From the NCBI GenBank assembly GCA_937896235.1, contig CALBMX010000107.1, positions 6,245 through 70,244 of the forward strand: 64,000 bases of DNA, in the 5' to 3' direction. The notes under the pieces were generated by a model. It made no database searches. It was not told the origin of the DNA and worked only from the letters and a program-made list of their open reading frames with translations. Origin of the DNA: an uncultured bacterium (lineage in GTDB: Bacteria; Planctomycetota; UBA1135; GCA-002686595). The position numbers and the translations under genes are program-made. This document shows positions 22,568 to 31,211 of this stretch, in pieces (the first letter of the stretch is position 1; every line of letters starts with the position of its first letter).

Positions 22568-23341
22568 CTAAACCCCCATGATGTGATAACCCGAGTCGAC
22601 GTAGATCGTCGAGCCCGTGATGCCGTGACTCATGTTGGAGCACAGGAAAAGGCAGGTGTTTCCGACCTCCTCCCCTGTAATGTTTCGGCGCAGCGGAGAG
22701 TGCGCTTCGATGTGATCGAGGATCTTGCTGAAGCCCTCAACACCTGAAGCGGAGAGCGTTCGGATCGGTCCAGCGCTAATCGCATTGACGCGGTGCCCTA
22801 GGCGACCGATGTCGTTGGCGAGGTAGCGAACGCTTGCTTCGAGAGCGGCCTTTGCAATCCCCATAACGTTGTAGTTGCGAACGACACGCTCGGACCCGAT
22901 GTAGGTCAAAGTTACGATCGTTCCCTCACGTCCTTCCATCAGGGGAAGGGCCCGGCGCGCCACGGCCGTCAGGGAGTATGCGCTGACCTCGTGCGCGAGC
23001 ATGTAGCCCTCTTTTGAGGTGTGGTAGAAGTCTCCTGCGAGCTCCTCGCGTTTCGCGAAAGCGACGCCGTGTAGCAAGGAGTCGAGGTGTCCAAATTCCC
23101 TCTCGATTTCTTCAAAAACAGAATCGATCTCTTCGGGGCTGGTGACATCGCAGCGAAGGATGAGCGGGTTCGTCAACTCCTCGGCGAGTTTTCGGACGCC
23201 AGCCTCGAGTCGATCCGTCGCGTAGGTGAGACAGAGGCGCATCCCTTGGCTGTCTAGCGCCTTGGCACAGGACCAGGCGAGAGAGCGCTTGTTGGCAACG
23301 CCAAAGATGACGCCTGTGCGATCGGTAAGCTTAGTGGGCAT
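22568..23341 (-). CDS. fabI: Enoyl-[acyl-carrier-protein] reductase (NADH) FabI
   Basis: GVIFGVANKRSLAWSCAK, SDR fold, YNVMGIAKAALEASVRYLA, and length 257 aa. Confidence 0.93.
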   Translation of the reverse strand: MPTKLTDRTGVIFGVANKRSLAWSCAKALDSQGMRLCLTYATDRLEAGVRKLAEELTNPLILRCDVTSPEEIDSVFEEIEREFGHLDSLLHGVAFAKREELAGDFYHTSKEGYMLAHEVSAYSLTAVARRALPLMEGREGTIVTLTYIGSERVVRNYNVMGIAKAALEASVRYLANDIGRLGHRVNAISAGPIRTLSASGVEGFSKILDHIEAHSPLRRNITGEEVGNTCLFLCSNMSHGITGSTIYVDSGYHIMGV

Positions 23342-23637
23342 GATTTCGAGGGGCGCTCAAGACCCGAGCGCGGAGGTGAATGGGAACTTTTGCCTGTTGG
23401 TGGCAGCTACCTTGGAATGTAGCGCCCTGCATTTCACCGAAAATGCGAGTCAAATGCCATTTGGGCAGCCCGTCTTTTTTGGGAAGAGGCCCGTTTCAAG
23501 CCGATCCTCGCCGTTTGATGGAAATGCACGAGTCTTCGGCCCCAAGAACTTGCGCGCTGCCCTAACCTGAAGTTCGAAGCGACTCTCCCTAGTCCGCCCT
23601 CCCGCGCTCCGCTCGCAACCCCACGATCACGCAGCTA

Positions 23638-24225
23638 ATGACCAATCACTCGAATGAGAGCGCAGAGCCATCCCCAACAGCGACGATCGGTTACGCGTCT
23701 CTCGTGGAAGAGGGCCCGCGCGCGTTGCTCGACCGCCTTATCGATGGTGATCCACTGGAGATGCGCGCCCTCGTTCACGCGCGCTTAGCTGAGCGGTCGC
23801 TATTGTGGGACGAGGAGGCGCTCTGCCTTCGGGCACTCGCTCTTTGTGCGCACCAGACGGTTGTACAGCGCCGCCGTCGGTTGGATCGCGAGTGGCTGCT
23901 TGGGATCGTGGACCGCTCCATTGAACAGCTCGCATTGCTCGGCGAGGACATGTCGGATGGAAATCCGGCAGCGGGCTTCGCGGTGTTTGGGTTGCCCTTG
24001 AACTTTGAGCCCAGCGCGGTGCGACGAGCTTGCTTGGCACTAAACCGAATGGGGGACTTCCAAAGGCGCTGCTTCCGTGCGCTCCTTATAGATGGCCGCG
24101 ATCTCGATGCTGTGGCCCACGAGCTCGGCAGAGACGGGGGGGCGGTCGGGCGAGGGGCGCGCGAGGCCCTCGATAAATATTTAGGAGCATTTGTGTCACC
24201 AATGGCTTCGCCGTGCGACCACTAG
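23638..24225 (+). CDS. Sigma-70-like HTH protein (degenerate region 2 / region 4), hypothetical
   Basis: The C-terminal FQRRCFRALLIDGRDLDAVAHELGRDGGAVGRGAREALDKY resembles sigma region 4. It is the first gene of a three-gene same-strand cluster. Confidence 0.5.
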   Translation: MTNHSNESAEPSPTATIGYASLVEEGPRALLDRLIDGDPLEMRALVHARLAERSLLWDEEALCLRALALCAHQTVVQRRRRLDREWLLGIVDRSIEQLALLGEDMSDGNPAAGFAVFGLPLNFEPSAVRRACLALNRMGDFQRRCFRALLIDGRDLDAVAHELGRDGGAVGRGAREALDKYLGAFVSPMASPCDH

Positions 24226-24241
24226 CTTGACGGTACCCTCC

Positions 24242-25147
24242 ATGCATTACATCACACACGAAAACGACGACGACTCCCTGCAAGCTGAGCTCTACCGCGT
24301 TGGCAGCGGGATCGAATTCAGCTTCCGCGCACATGCCGAGCTCGATTCTGTTCACCGGCGCGAGCTCTCTGGCCTGCTGATTGAGGCCGCTAGAATTGGG
24401 CTAGGCCTTGGCGGTGTTGGAACGGCTGAGTATGGGACTCTGCTAGAGCCTCCGTGCGCGGGTTGGGAGCGTCGGGCGCGCCTCGAACTCGATCTGCTCG
24501 CGCACGACAGCTGTGAGCTTGAGGGTGGGGATCTGCTAAAGATGCAGCTCGATGGGGATCAAAAGCCGTCGCCGGAAATCCTGATCCTGGTCGGGCTAAA
24601 CCTGTGGAAATCGCCTGCGGGTTATCTTGCGCTTGGACAGGTCTTGTTGACGCGTGGCGAGGGGCGCCGGGCTCGTGACATGTATGCGGAGCTACTTCGC
24701 CAAGAGTTGGACGGTGAGTGCGGAGAGGACCGCGACATTCCTTGGCGAATTCGGGAGGGCCTCGGAGCAGCGTGGGCGCAGCTTGGGTCGGATCGCCTTG
24801 CTTTGGGTTGTTTGCGCAAAGCTGTCGAGATTCCGGGCTCGGGTGCCGGGCCCCTAATCACGGCATTTTTCTTGGCGCTTGAGCTCGGCCTCGGTGCCGA
24901 AGCCCTTGATTTCGGAGCACAGTTGGACCACCGGTTCTCGAGTTTATCTCTACGATTGCAGGCTTGTGCCAAGAGCTTAGGCGCACGAATTCAGCGGCGA
25001 CAAAATCTTCGGGGCGAGGGGTGTTGGACACCACCATCAACTTCGGTTGGCGCTCTGAAAGAGCTACTGGCAAGCCGTGGTGTTGCGTCGCAGATTTGCG
25101 AGGGGTTGGTTGGTCAGGGTGGCGACTTTGGGGGGCTGGCCTCATGA
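24242..25147 (+). CDS. Hypothetical helical-repeat (TPR-like) protein
   Basis: Start MHYITHENDDD lies 17 nt after the upstream stop. Its stop overlaps the next start (ATGA at 25144-25147). It has Leu/Ala-rich helical repeats and no catalytic motif. Confidence 0.5.
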   Translation: MHYITHENDDDSLQAELYRVGSGIEFSFRAHAELDSVHRRELSGLLIEAARIGLGLGGVGTAEYGTLLEPPCAGWERRARLELDLLAHDSCELEGGDLLKMQLDGDQKPSPEILILVGLNLWKSPAGYLALGQVLLTRGEGRRARDMYAELLRQELDGECGEDRDIPWRIREGLGAAWAQLGSDRLALGCLRKAVEIPGSGAGPLITAFFLALELGLGAEALDFGAQLDHRFSSLSLRLQACAKSLGARIQRRQNLRGEGCWTPPSTSVGALKELLASRGVASQICEGLVGQGGDFGGLAS

Positions 25148-27789
25148 TCGACGAAGCCCTTGAGCTCCTTGCCCCTGACATGTGCAAAGCCGGCGGCGCT
25201 GTCGCTGGTCGTTTGCGATCAGCGATTACCTTGGCGCGCCTGTTGGCGACCGAGGGCCGGGCTCCTCGGGCCGAGTCGATTGGGCTCGATATCTCCCGGG
25301 CAGAGGGCGAGCTGAATTTATGTATTCGGGTAGATGCTTTAGCGCTCTTGTCCGAGCTGTTTTTCGCTCATATGGTGAAGCGCTCAGGGCTTGAGCCCTG
25401 GGAGGTCGGGGCGCGCTCCACCACAGAGTTATGGCATGGCGTGGTGCGGTTGGAAGAGCGCAAGCTCGGCCTCGCATTACCCAGCTTGCCAGGTCCCGGA
25501 GAGTGTCGATCTGCGGTTTCGCAGCGGATCTTAGCGGCGGCAATGTGCTTGGGGTTGTCCTCCGTATCTAGTGCCCTCTGGCGTGGCCATATCGCATTTT
25601 CAGAGCAGGAGAGCCGGCGGGCCGAGCTCTCCTACCGTTCCGTTCTAGGGGGTGCGGAAAGGGGAAGTTTCAATGAGTGCAAGACCGCTATCTCTGGGGT
25701 TGCTGGGTGTCTCCTGGATCGAGGGGCTGTATTTTTGGCGAGGGATTGGATGGAGCGGCACTTAGATCTGGTTGCCGCATCGCCGGAGCTGGTTCGTCTT
25801 GCGGGACTCGCCAACTTGGCGGCCGGCGACCTAGAGGCGGCTGGCGAGTTTCTGGCCCCTCAACTTCGCCGGTGTCTACCGCTGGTCTTCGCGACCCTTG
25901 GGGATCGTCGCCCCGACTTGCGAGGGAGTCTATCGGGGCCCATGAAGTGGGAAAAGCCAGCTAAGATTCCAGGCGCTCAAAAACCCCGCCGGCTAAATCG
26001 TTCTGATGTCGGAGCCTCGGGCCTGTTTGTTTTAGAGGCTCCATCGCGGGGGCACTCTGGTCGATTGCTGTTTTCAGACTTGGCTAGCTCTTTGGGTGCA
26101 CCTTCCGCTGCTTGGCGCGATCGCCAAGCAGCAGCTCCATTTACATTGGGGGAACCCGAACAGGATCTTGTTGCGACTGCGAATCTCTGGGTCGGATTCA
26201 CAGACGACGAAGGCGGTGCGCGACTGCTCCGATCTTGCCACTCACCACTGACGAAGGCCGTGGCCCTAGTGCCGATTGGACGGGACGCCCCACGGGGCGG
26301 CGACCTACTGGGTTGGATCCGACTCGAGTTTGATCACCTCTTAGTTCCAGATGCCAAGCGTCTTGCGGCGTTAGGAGAGGCCGCAAGACGAGTTTTTTTG
26401 GGGTTGCCCAACCCGGTAGAAGAGGTACTTGAAGTCGAGCGCTTGACTCCTCTTTTTGAGAAGTTGACGAAAGGGATTTCCTTGGGGCGGCGCCGCTGGT
26501 GGGGGTTCGTCAAGGGGAGCAACGGGCCGGAATTCATTGCGTCCAGCGGCGAGGCTTTTGGAGACTGGGAGCGAGTGAGTGGCGGTTGCGGCGCTCTTGA
26601 GCGCGCCGAGAAGCAGGGAGACCGGATTGGGGAATCCCTTAGTTACGCCAAGGGTGCAGGGGGGACGGAAGGGGTGCACCCCGACGCGGCGGCGGGGCTA
26701 GTCCTTCCGATTCGATCCGGCGGCACTTGCGGTGGGGTTTGCGGTTGGCTTGTCGTGGAGTCCGCTCGACGAGACGATCTGGGGGCAAAAGAGAGCGGCT
26801 CTCTCTTGCGGGCTTGTCGCAACGTGGGGGCTGAAATAGGCTTGGCGCGCTTCGATTTGTGGCATCAAAAGACCTATAAGCATGCTGTCTTTTTTGCTGC
26901 CAAAAACTTAGCTCCACTGCCTGCACCTCTTCTCGCCCTCTTGGGGGACGAGGAGAGAGAGCTCGCATCTTGTGGACCGGAGACGGTCCCGCTTCTAAGT
27001 CTCGTATCCCAGGCCGCTACAGCAAGTTTAGGAGTGATCGTCTTAGTTGGTGGCCCAGGTGCAGGCAAGCGCATAGCAGCGCGATTGATACATTTTGAGA
27101 GGCAAGGGGGCGAGGCGGCGCCCAAAGTTCTGAGTTTGCGCACAACGGGCATCTCCGAGTGGCTGGGCGCACTTACTACAGCTGCTCCCGGAGGTGTGAT
27201 CCTTGAAGACTTGGAAGATCTAGATCCCGTTGGGCAGGAAGCTCTATTTGAACTTGTTGAGCGAGGAGAAGCCTCCCTTCGCCATGTGGTGATTACGACT
27301 CGGACTCCCCTAAGAGAGGGCAGCCTTTGGCCGCGTCTAAGAGACCTGCTGCAACACCACCAGGTCATCTTGCCGCCACTGACCGAACGCCGTGGGGTCC
27401 TGCCGGCGTTTTTTGACCTGTTTCTGTCGCGAGCGGCTCGACGAGAGCGGCGTATCGCACCCTTTGTTACTCCGCGCGCTACAGGGCTTATCTGGAGGGG
27501 AGACTGGGAAGGAGGGTTGCGTCAGCTTGCGGACTTCGCCCACCGGGTCATTATTTTTGGAGAGTCCGACCTATTGGACGAAGACGAGCTGCGGCGATTG
27601 GCGAAGCAGTCATCGCTAGAGCTGCCCAAGCGCTTTTCCAGCAAACATCCCGATCCAATGGCATTGTGGTGCGCGCTCGATACCAATCGGAAAAAGAGTG
27701 GGGGATTTCACCGAACCCGCACTGCTGAGCTCATGGGGTGGGACCCCGACACTCTTACCCAGAGGTTGCGAGAGTTGGGGGTAGATTGA
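25144..27789 (+). CDS. Large GAF-like / AAA+ enhancer-binding-protein-like regulator with C-terminal Fis-type HTH; GAFTGA loop absent
   Basis: Walker A is VLVGGPGAGKRIAARLIH. The Walker B region is GGVILEDLEDLD. Also present are LPPLTERRGVLPAFFDLFL (compare LPPLRER-EDI), WRGDWEGGLRQLADFAHRVII (compare WPGNVRELEN) and the HTH RTRTAELMGWDPDTLTQRLRELGV. Only ~25 aa separate Walker A from Walker B, with no ESELFGHEKGAFTGA-type segment. Confidence 0.7.
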   Translation: MIDEALELLAPDMCKAGGAVAGRLRSAITLARLLATEGRAPRAESIGLDISRAEGELNLCIRVDALALLSELFFAHMVKRSGLEPWEVGARSTTELWHGVVRLEERKLGLALPSLPGPGECRSAVSQRILAAAMCLGLSSVSSALWRGHIAFSEQESRRAELSYRSVLGGAERGSFNECKTAISGVAGCLLDRGAVFLARDWMERHLDLVAASPELVRLAGLANLAAGDLEAAGEFLAPQLRRCLPLVFATLGDRRPDLRGSLSGPMKWEKPAKIPGAQKPRRLNRSDVGASGLFVLEAPSRGHSGRLLFSDLASSLGAPSAAWRDRQAAAPFTLGEPEQDLVATANLWVGFTDDEGGARLLRSCHSPLTKAVALVPIGRDAPRGGDLLGWIRLEFDHLLVPDAKRLAALGEAARRVFLGLPNPVEEVLEVERLTPLFEKLTKGISLGRRRWWGFVKGSNGPEFIASSGEAFGDWERVSGGCGALERAEKQGDRIGESLSYAKGAGGTEGVHPDAAAGLVLPIRSGGTCGGVCGWLVVESARRDDLGAKESGSLLRACRNVGAEIGLARFDLWHQKTYKHAVFFAAKNLAPLPAPLLALLGDEERELASCGPETVPLLSLVSQAATASLGVIVLVGGPGAGKRIAARLIHFERQGGEAAPKVLSLRTTGISEWLGALTTAAPGGVILEDLEDLDPVGQEALFELVERGEASLRHVVITTRTPLREGSLWPRLRDLLQHHQVILPPLTERRGVLPAFFDLFLSRAARRERRIAPFVTPRATGLIWRGDWEGGLRQLADFAHRVIIFGESDLLDEDELRRLAKQSSLELPKRFSSKHPDPMALWCALDTNRKKSGGFHRTRTAELMGWDPDTLTQRLRELGVD

Positions 27790-27960
27790 CTCGGAGACGG
27801 TCCAACAGCGGGCTGTAAAGAAACTGGCGCCGTAGGATTCGTCGTCACCGTTCGCATGAGAAGGTGGGAAGACATCGCTTGGTGGTCGCAAAGCATGGGG
27901 CTTGGTACCGCCACAGGCCGTTTTCGGGCGGATGATTTGAAAGGGCATACATTTCTACGG

Positions 27961-28063
27961 CTGTTAACGAAAATGGCACCGACGCTTTCGCATCGGTGCC
28001 CCAGAGTCTCCATCTCCCAGATCGGGAGAAAATCTCTCGACCGCCCCCCCCAGGGTAGTCGAG
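27961..28063 (-). ncRNA. Candidate structured RNA unit A (three hairpins, conserved 15-mer, terminator-like 3' end)
   Basis: Minus-strand reading is CTCGAC[..CCCTG8CG]GTCGAG, then TCTCCC-GATCT-GGGAGA, then TGGAGACTC, then GGCACCGATGC-GAAA-GCGTCGGTGCC, then ATTTTCGTT. It is paralogous to unit B. Confidence 0.4.
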
Positions 28064-28389
28064 TGATGACCTCTTATTCGGACTCGGTGGTCTTCGAGAA
28101 TAGGGATCTTCGTTATCTGTGGGAATGTTCCCAAAATCGGCTCGAGGCAACGGGTATGTCCCGGGAGGGGGGGGGCGAGTTGTCCGACCCTCAATCGAGA
28201 GCCAGCCACACCTCGCCTAATTGGGCTGTATCGAGAATGCGATATCTTCAATCTCATTTGGAGGCTTGTGGTGGACGCACAGGGGGCCTCTGGGTTCTGC
28301 GCCCAATTCGGCGGGCTGGCCGTTGCAAGGTCAGGCTAGCGCATTCAAGCTTAGACCAACTTGGAGAGCGAATCCGTTGAGCTACCAGG

Positions 28390-28500
28390 CTTAAATGAGA
28401 AGTGGCGCCGCCACTTTCGTAACGGCGCCACCGAGTCTCCATCTCCCGTACGAAACGGGTAGATCAGCGCTTGTTGGCCCCCCCCGGGGCAACCCGCGCT
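28390..28500 (-). ncRNA. Candidate structured RNA unit B (paralogue of unit A)
   Basis: Minus-strand reading is AGCGC[GGGTTGCCCCG8CCAACA]AGCGCT, then ATCTACCCGT-TTCGT-ACGGGAGAT, then GGAGACTC, then GGCGCCGTTAC-GAAA-GTGGCGGCGCC, then ACTTCTCATTT. The block GGGAGATGGAGACTC is identical to unit A. Confidence 0.4.
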
Positions 28501-28642
28501 AACAACCTCATCGTCTTGGATGCATACTGTCGAGAGGGGATTCCGGCGCGGCTCCTTGCTTTCCCAGCATCGGGTCAAATCCCATCCCTCGATCTTCCGG
28601 AATACCGATTTTGATAGGTTTAGACCGCATTCCTTCAGCTTA

Positions 28643-30058
28643 ATGGACACACAAAACCCAGTAACTTCCCCATCTCGGGGGGGCTCGGCGCGCCGCTTTC
28701 TCATTCTCGGGGCATGTCTGATCCTGGGCGTTTTGGGGGTCACGTTATCTGGGGACCTAGCGCACTCTCCTTTGCTTGTAATCGGACTGTGGCTTGCCTT
28801 GGGGGTCCTATGGGGTTGCGCGCTGCTCTGGGCCCGAGGGTTCAATCGCGGGAGGAGCATGCTGCTCCCAATCCTGGTCGTTGCCGTATCGATGCGGGCA
28901 CTAGCCCTCTGTGCGGAGCCGAACCTGTCAGACGATGTTTGGCGTTATGTTTGGGAGGGAGGCCTGGTTCTTGAGGGGAAAAGCCCCTATGCCCAGGCAC
29001 CCGACGATCCGAGCTTGGCCAAGGAACGCGAACAATGGAGCGTTGCCTATGACCGGATGAACAACAAGGATGTGAGCGCCGCCTATCCACCCGTAACCCA
29101 AGCGGCGGTTGCTGCGGTGGTCGGCGCTATGGGGGGGAGTGAACAGCCCGACCGTGCGCGTTTCGGATTACGGATACTTTTCTCCTGCGCGGATCTACTC
29201 GCGCTAATCCCCCTCTTGGCACTTCTACGGCGAAGAGGTTTACCTGACGCCCTGCTCGTTTCTTGGGCCTGGTGTCCCCTGGTTGTATTTGAGTTTGCAA
29301 GTTCAGCACACCTCGACAGCTTGGGAATCCTATTCCTTCTGAGTGCTCTCGCCCTGCTGGATCGTCCCCTAGCCCTTCCGAAGGAGCAGTCCTCTCGGGT
29401 ATTTCTTGGATTGCTTTCACTGTCAGCGGCCTTCCTTGTGAAGTTTCTTCCGCTGCTGGCATTTCCGTTCGTCCTGCGCCGCCGAACGGTAGGTGCCAGT
29501 CTGTCCTCAGCACTAACCCTGGCCTGCTTGATTGCCCTTGGCTTTCTGCCGGTACTCGCACTCGAAGGGGGCCTCTCGGGCATCTTGGACGGGCTCGCCA
29601 ATTATGGATTGAGGTGGGAGTCATGGAATCTTATCCACAGGCACGTCGAGCCTATATTTAGCATGTGGGGAGACCGGGACGGGACTTGGTCCGACCCGAG
29701 AAAGCTCTCTAAGTTATTTACGGGCGGGTTAGCTGCCCTATGGATGTTGAGGCTTATCGTGCGGAGGGAGGAGCCCGTACGCGCAACAGGATTGGCCCTT
29801 GCGGCCTTCTTGATTGTGTCTCCAACTCTCCACCCATGGTACTTGACGTGGATCATCCCGTTTTTGGCCTTCTCAAAAGGTCGCGCTTGGATGTTCCTCG
29901 TCATCGCTTCACCGCTACTCTATTGGCCGCTGACGTCCTGGCAGCTTGTGGGCACATGGACCGAACCCGTATGGCTCTGGCCCCTCGTAGCCCTGCCCTT
30001 CTTTGGCCTACTCCTATCCGACTACAAGCGCAATCGAAGCGCACCCCATGCGCGTTGA
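28643..30058 (+). CDS. Polytopic membrane glycosyltransferase-like protein (GT-C fold, DUF2029/GT87 or PIG-M-like)
   Basis: It has many TM helices. The first loop, LSDDVWRYVWEGGLVLEGKSPYAQAP, resembles the DxD-like loop of GT87/PIG-M mannosyltransferases. The MDTQNPV start is preferred over the longer ORF from 28520. Confidence 0.55.
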   Translation: MDTQNPVTSPSRGGSARRFLILGACLILGVLGVTLSGDLAHSPLLVIGLWLALGVLWGCALLWARGFNRGRSMLLPILVVAVSMRALALCAEPNLSDDVWRYVWEGGLVLEGKSPYAQAPDDPSLAKEREQWSVAYDRMNNKDVSAAYPPVTQAAVAAVVGAMGGSEQPDRARFGLRILFSCADLLALIPLLALLRRRGLPDALLVSWAWCPLVVFEFASSAHLDSLGILFLLSALALLDRPLALPKEQSSRVFLGLLSLSAAFLVKFLPLLAFPFVLRRRTVGASLSSALTLACLIALGFLPVLALEGGLSGILDGLANYGLRWESWNLIHRHVEPIFSMWGDRDGTWSDPRKLSKLFTGGLAALWMLRLIVRREEPVRATGLALAAFLIVSPTLHPWYLTWIIPFLAFSKGRAWMFLVIASPLLYWPLTSWQLVGTWTEPVWLWPLVALPFFGLLLSDYKRNRSAPHAR

Positions 30059-31184
30059 CGATTTTGATTACGAGCTCCCGAGAGAGTTGATTGCCCAAGC
30101 ACCGGCGGACAAGCGCGACGCAGCTCGACTGCTGTACTTCGACGAGAGCGCACCGCGCGGCGCCGAATTGGCAACAAGGCATGGGGTGATCTCGGACTTG
30201 ATTGAGCTCCTCGAGCCTGGCGATCTATTGGTGCTGAACAATACGCGGGTTCGAGCGGCGAGGTTGTTTGCCTACCGTGCCACAGGCGCCCGCGTGGAGT
30301 TCCTCTTTTTACGGCCGGAGCAGGGGCAACCTAAGCGGTGGACCGCGTTGGTAAATCCCGCCCGCAAGATCAAAGTCGATGAGGTGCTCACATTCGAGCT
30401 CCCGGGTGGCACCGATCATGGACGCGTGCCGACCCTTAGGGCGATCGAGCGTTTACCCCATGACGCAGAGCCCGATAAGCCCGGCCCCACATGGCTCGTC
30501 GACTTTGAGGGCGAGTTCAGCCCCGAGCAGCTCGAAGAGTTCTTCGAGCTGGCGGGGCACATGCCTCTGCCGCCTTACATCTCCCGCAAGCAAGGGACGG
30601 CCGATGACTCCACGGAGGCGTTTGACCGAGAGCGCTACCAAACGGTCTTTAACGAGACTCCCGGTGCCGTGGCGGCGCCGACCGCGGGATTGCACTTTAC
30701 ACCGGAGCTCTTAGATTCCCTTGCGCGCAAGGGAATCGGGAATACCACGGTGACCCTGCATGTCGGGCTGGGCACATTCGCCACCGTGGAGGCCGCGGAT
30801 ACGGCGGATCATAAGATGCACTCGGAGCGCTATGAGCTACTCCCGAGCGCAGTTCAAGAGATCGAGAAAGCGCGCGCGAACGGCGGGCGTATCGTCTGTG
30901 TCGGAACCACAGCTGTACGTGTTCTGGAGTCTTGCGCCGCGCAAGACGGCGTGCTGCGGGCGGGTGTTGGTGAGACGCGCCTGTTCCTGACACCCGGCTC
31001 AAAATTTCACGTGTGTGACATGTTGCTCACGAACTTCCACCTGCCCAAGTCGACTCTCCTGATGTTGGTCTCAGCATTCATCGGGCGCGACCAGGCGCTT
31101 GGCCTCTATGCAGAGGCGATCGGGCAGCGCTACCGATTCTTCAGCTATGGAGATGCAATGCTACTCGCCAGAGGGTCGCATTAG
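30048..31184 (+). CDS. queA: S-adenosylmethionine:tRNA ribosyltransferase-isomerase QueA
   Basis: MRVDDFDYELPRELIAQAPADKRDAARLL, PLPPYI, AAPTAGLHFT and TNFHLPKSTLLMLVSAF. Confidence 0.92.
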   Translation: MRVDDFDYELPRELIAQAPADKRDAARLLYFDESAPRGAELATRHGVISDLIELLEPGDLLVLNNTRVRAARLFAYRATGARVEFLFLRPEQGQPKRWTALVNPARKIKVDEVLTFELPGGTDHGRVPTLRAIERLPHDAEPDKPGPTWLVDFEGEFSPEQLEEFFELAGHMPLPPYISRKQGTADDSTEAFDRERYQTVFNETPGAVAAPTAGLHFTPELLDSLARKGIGNTTVTLHVGLGTFATVEAADTADHKMHSERYELLPSAVQEIEKARANGGRIVCVGTTAVRVLESCAAQDGVLRAGVGETRLFLTPGSKFHVCDMLLTNFHLPKSTLLMLVSAFIGRDQALGLYAEAIGQRYRFFSYGDAMLLARGSH

Positions 31185-31211
31185 GGGAATTGAGCGATTT
31201 ATAGATTTCGG

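Noticed and set aside
23401-23415. TGGCAG-ctacc-TTGGA upstream of the sigma-like/AAA+ operon is a near sigma-54 -24/-12 promoter.
   Set aside because: The nearly invariant -12 GC is GG here, and it lies ~225 nt from the first ATG. I did not call it, but it is worth re-checking if rpoN is present in the genome.
27974-27992. TGGCAC at the start of the unit A hairpin (plus strand) looked like a sigma-54 -24 element.
   Set aside because: No GC lies at the required 10-nt spacing. In unit B the equivalent bases are TGGCGC. The sequence is better explained as the arm of a conserved hairpin.
27856-28380. A 174-aa plus-strand ORF and several ~100-aa minus-strand ORFs covering the RNA locus.
   Set aside because: They are Arg-rich with no recognisable motifs. 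They are interrupted by homopolymer tracts and cut across the paired RNA hairpins. I treat the region as non-coding.
27975-28429. The GAAA-capped hairpins as group II intron domain V, a hammerhead or another small ribozyme.
   Set aside because: There is no AGC triad or 2-nt bulge as in domain V. There is no CUGANGA / GAAA core spacing. There is no RT or maturase ORF nearby.
28565-28592. GGGTCAAATCCC resembles a tRNA or tmRNA T-loop.
   Set aside because: The flanking bases do not form a 5-bp T stem (ATCGG/CCCAT has a mismatch). The loop starts with G, not T. No acceptor, D or anticodon arms or CCA context can be drawn.
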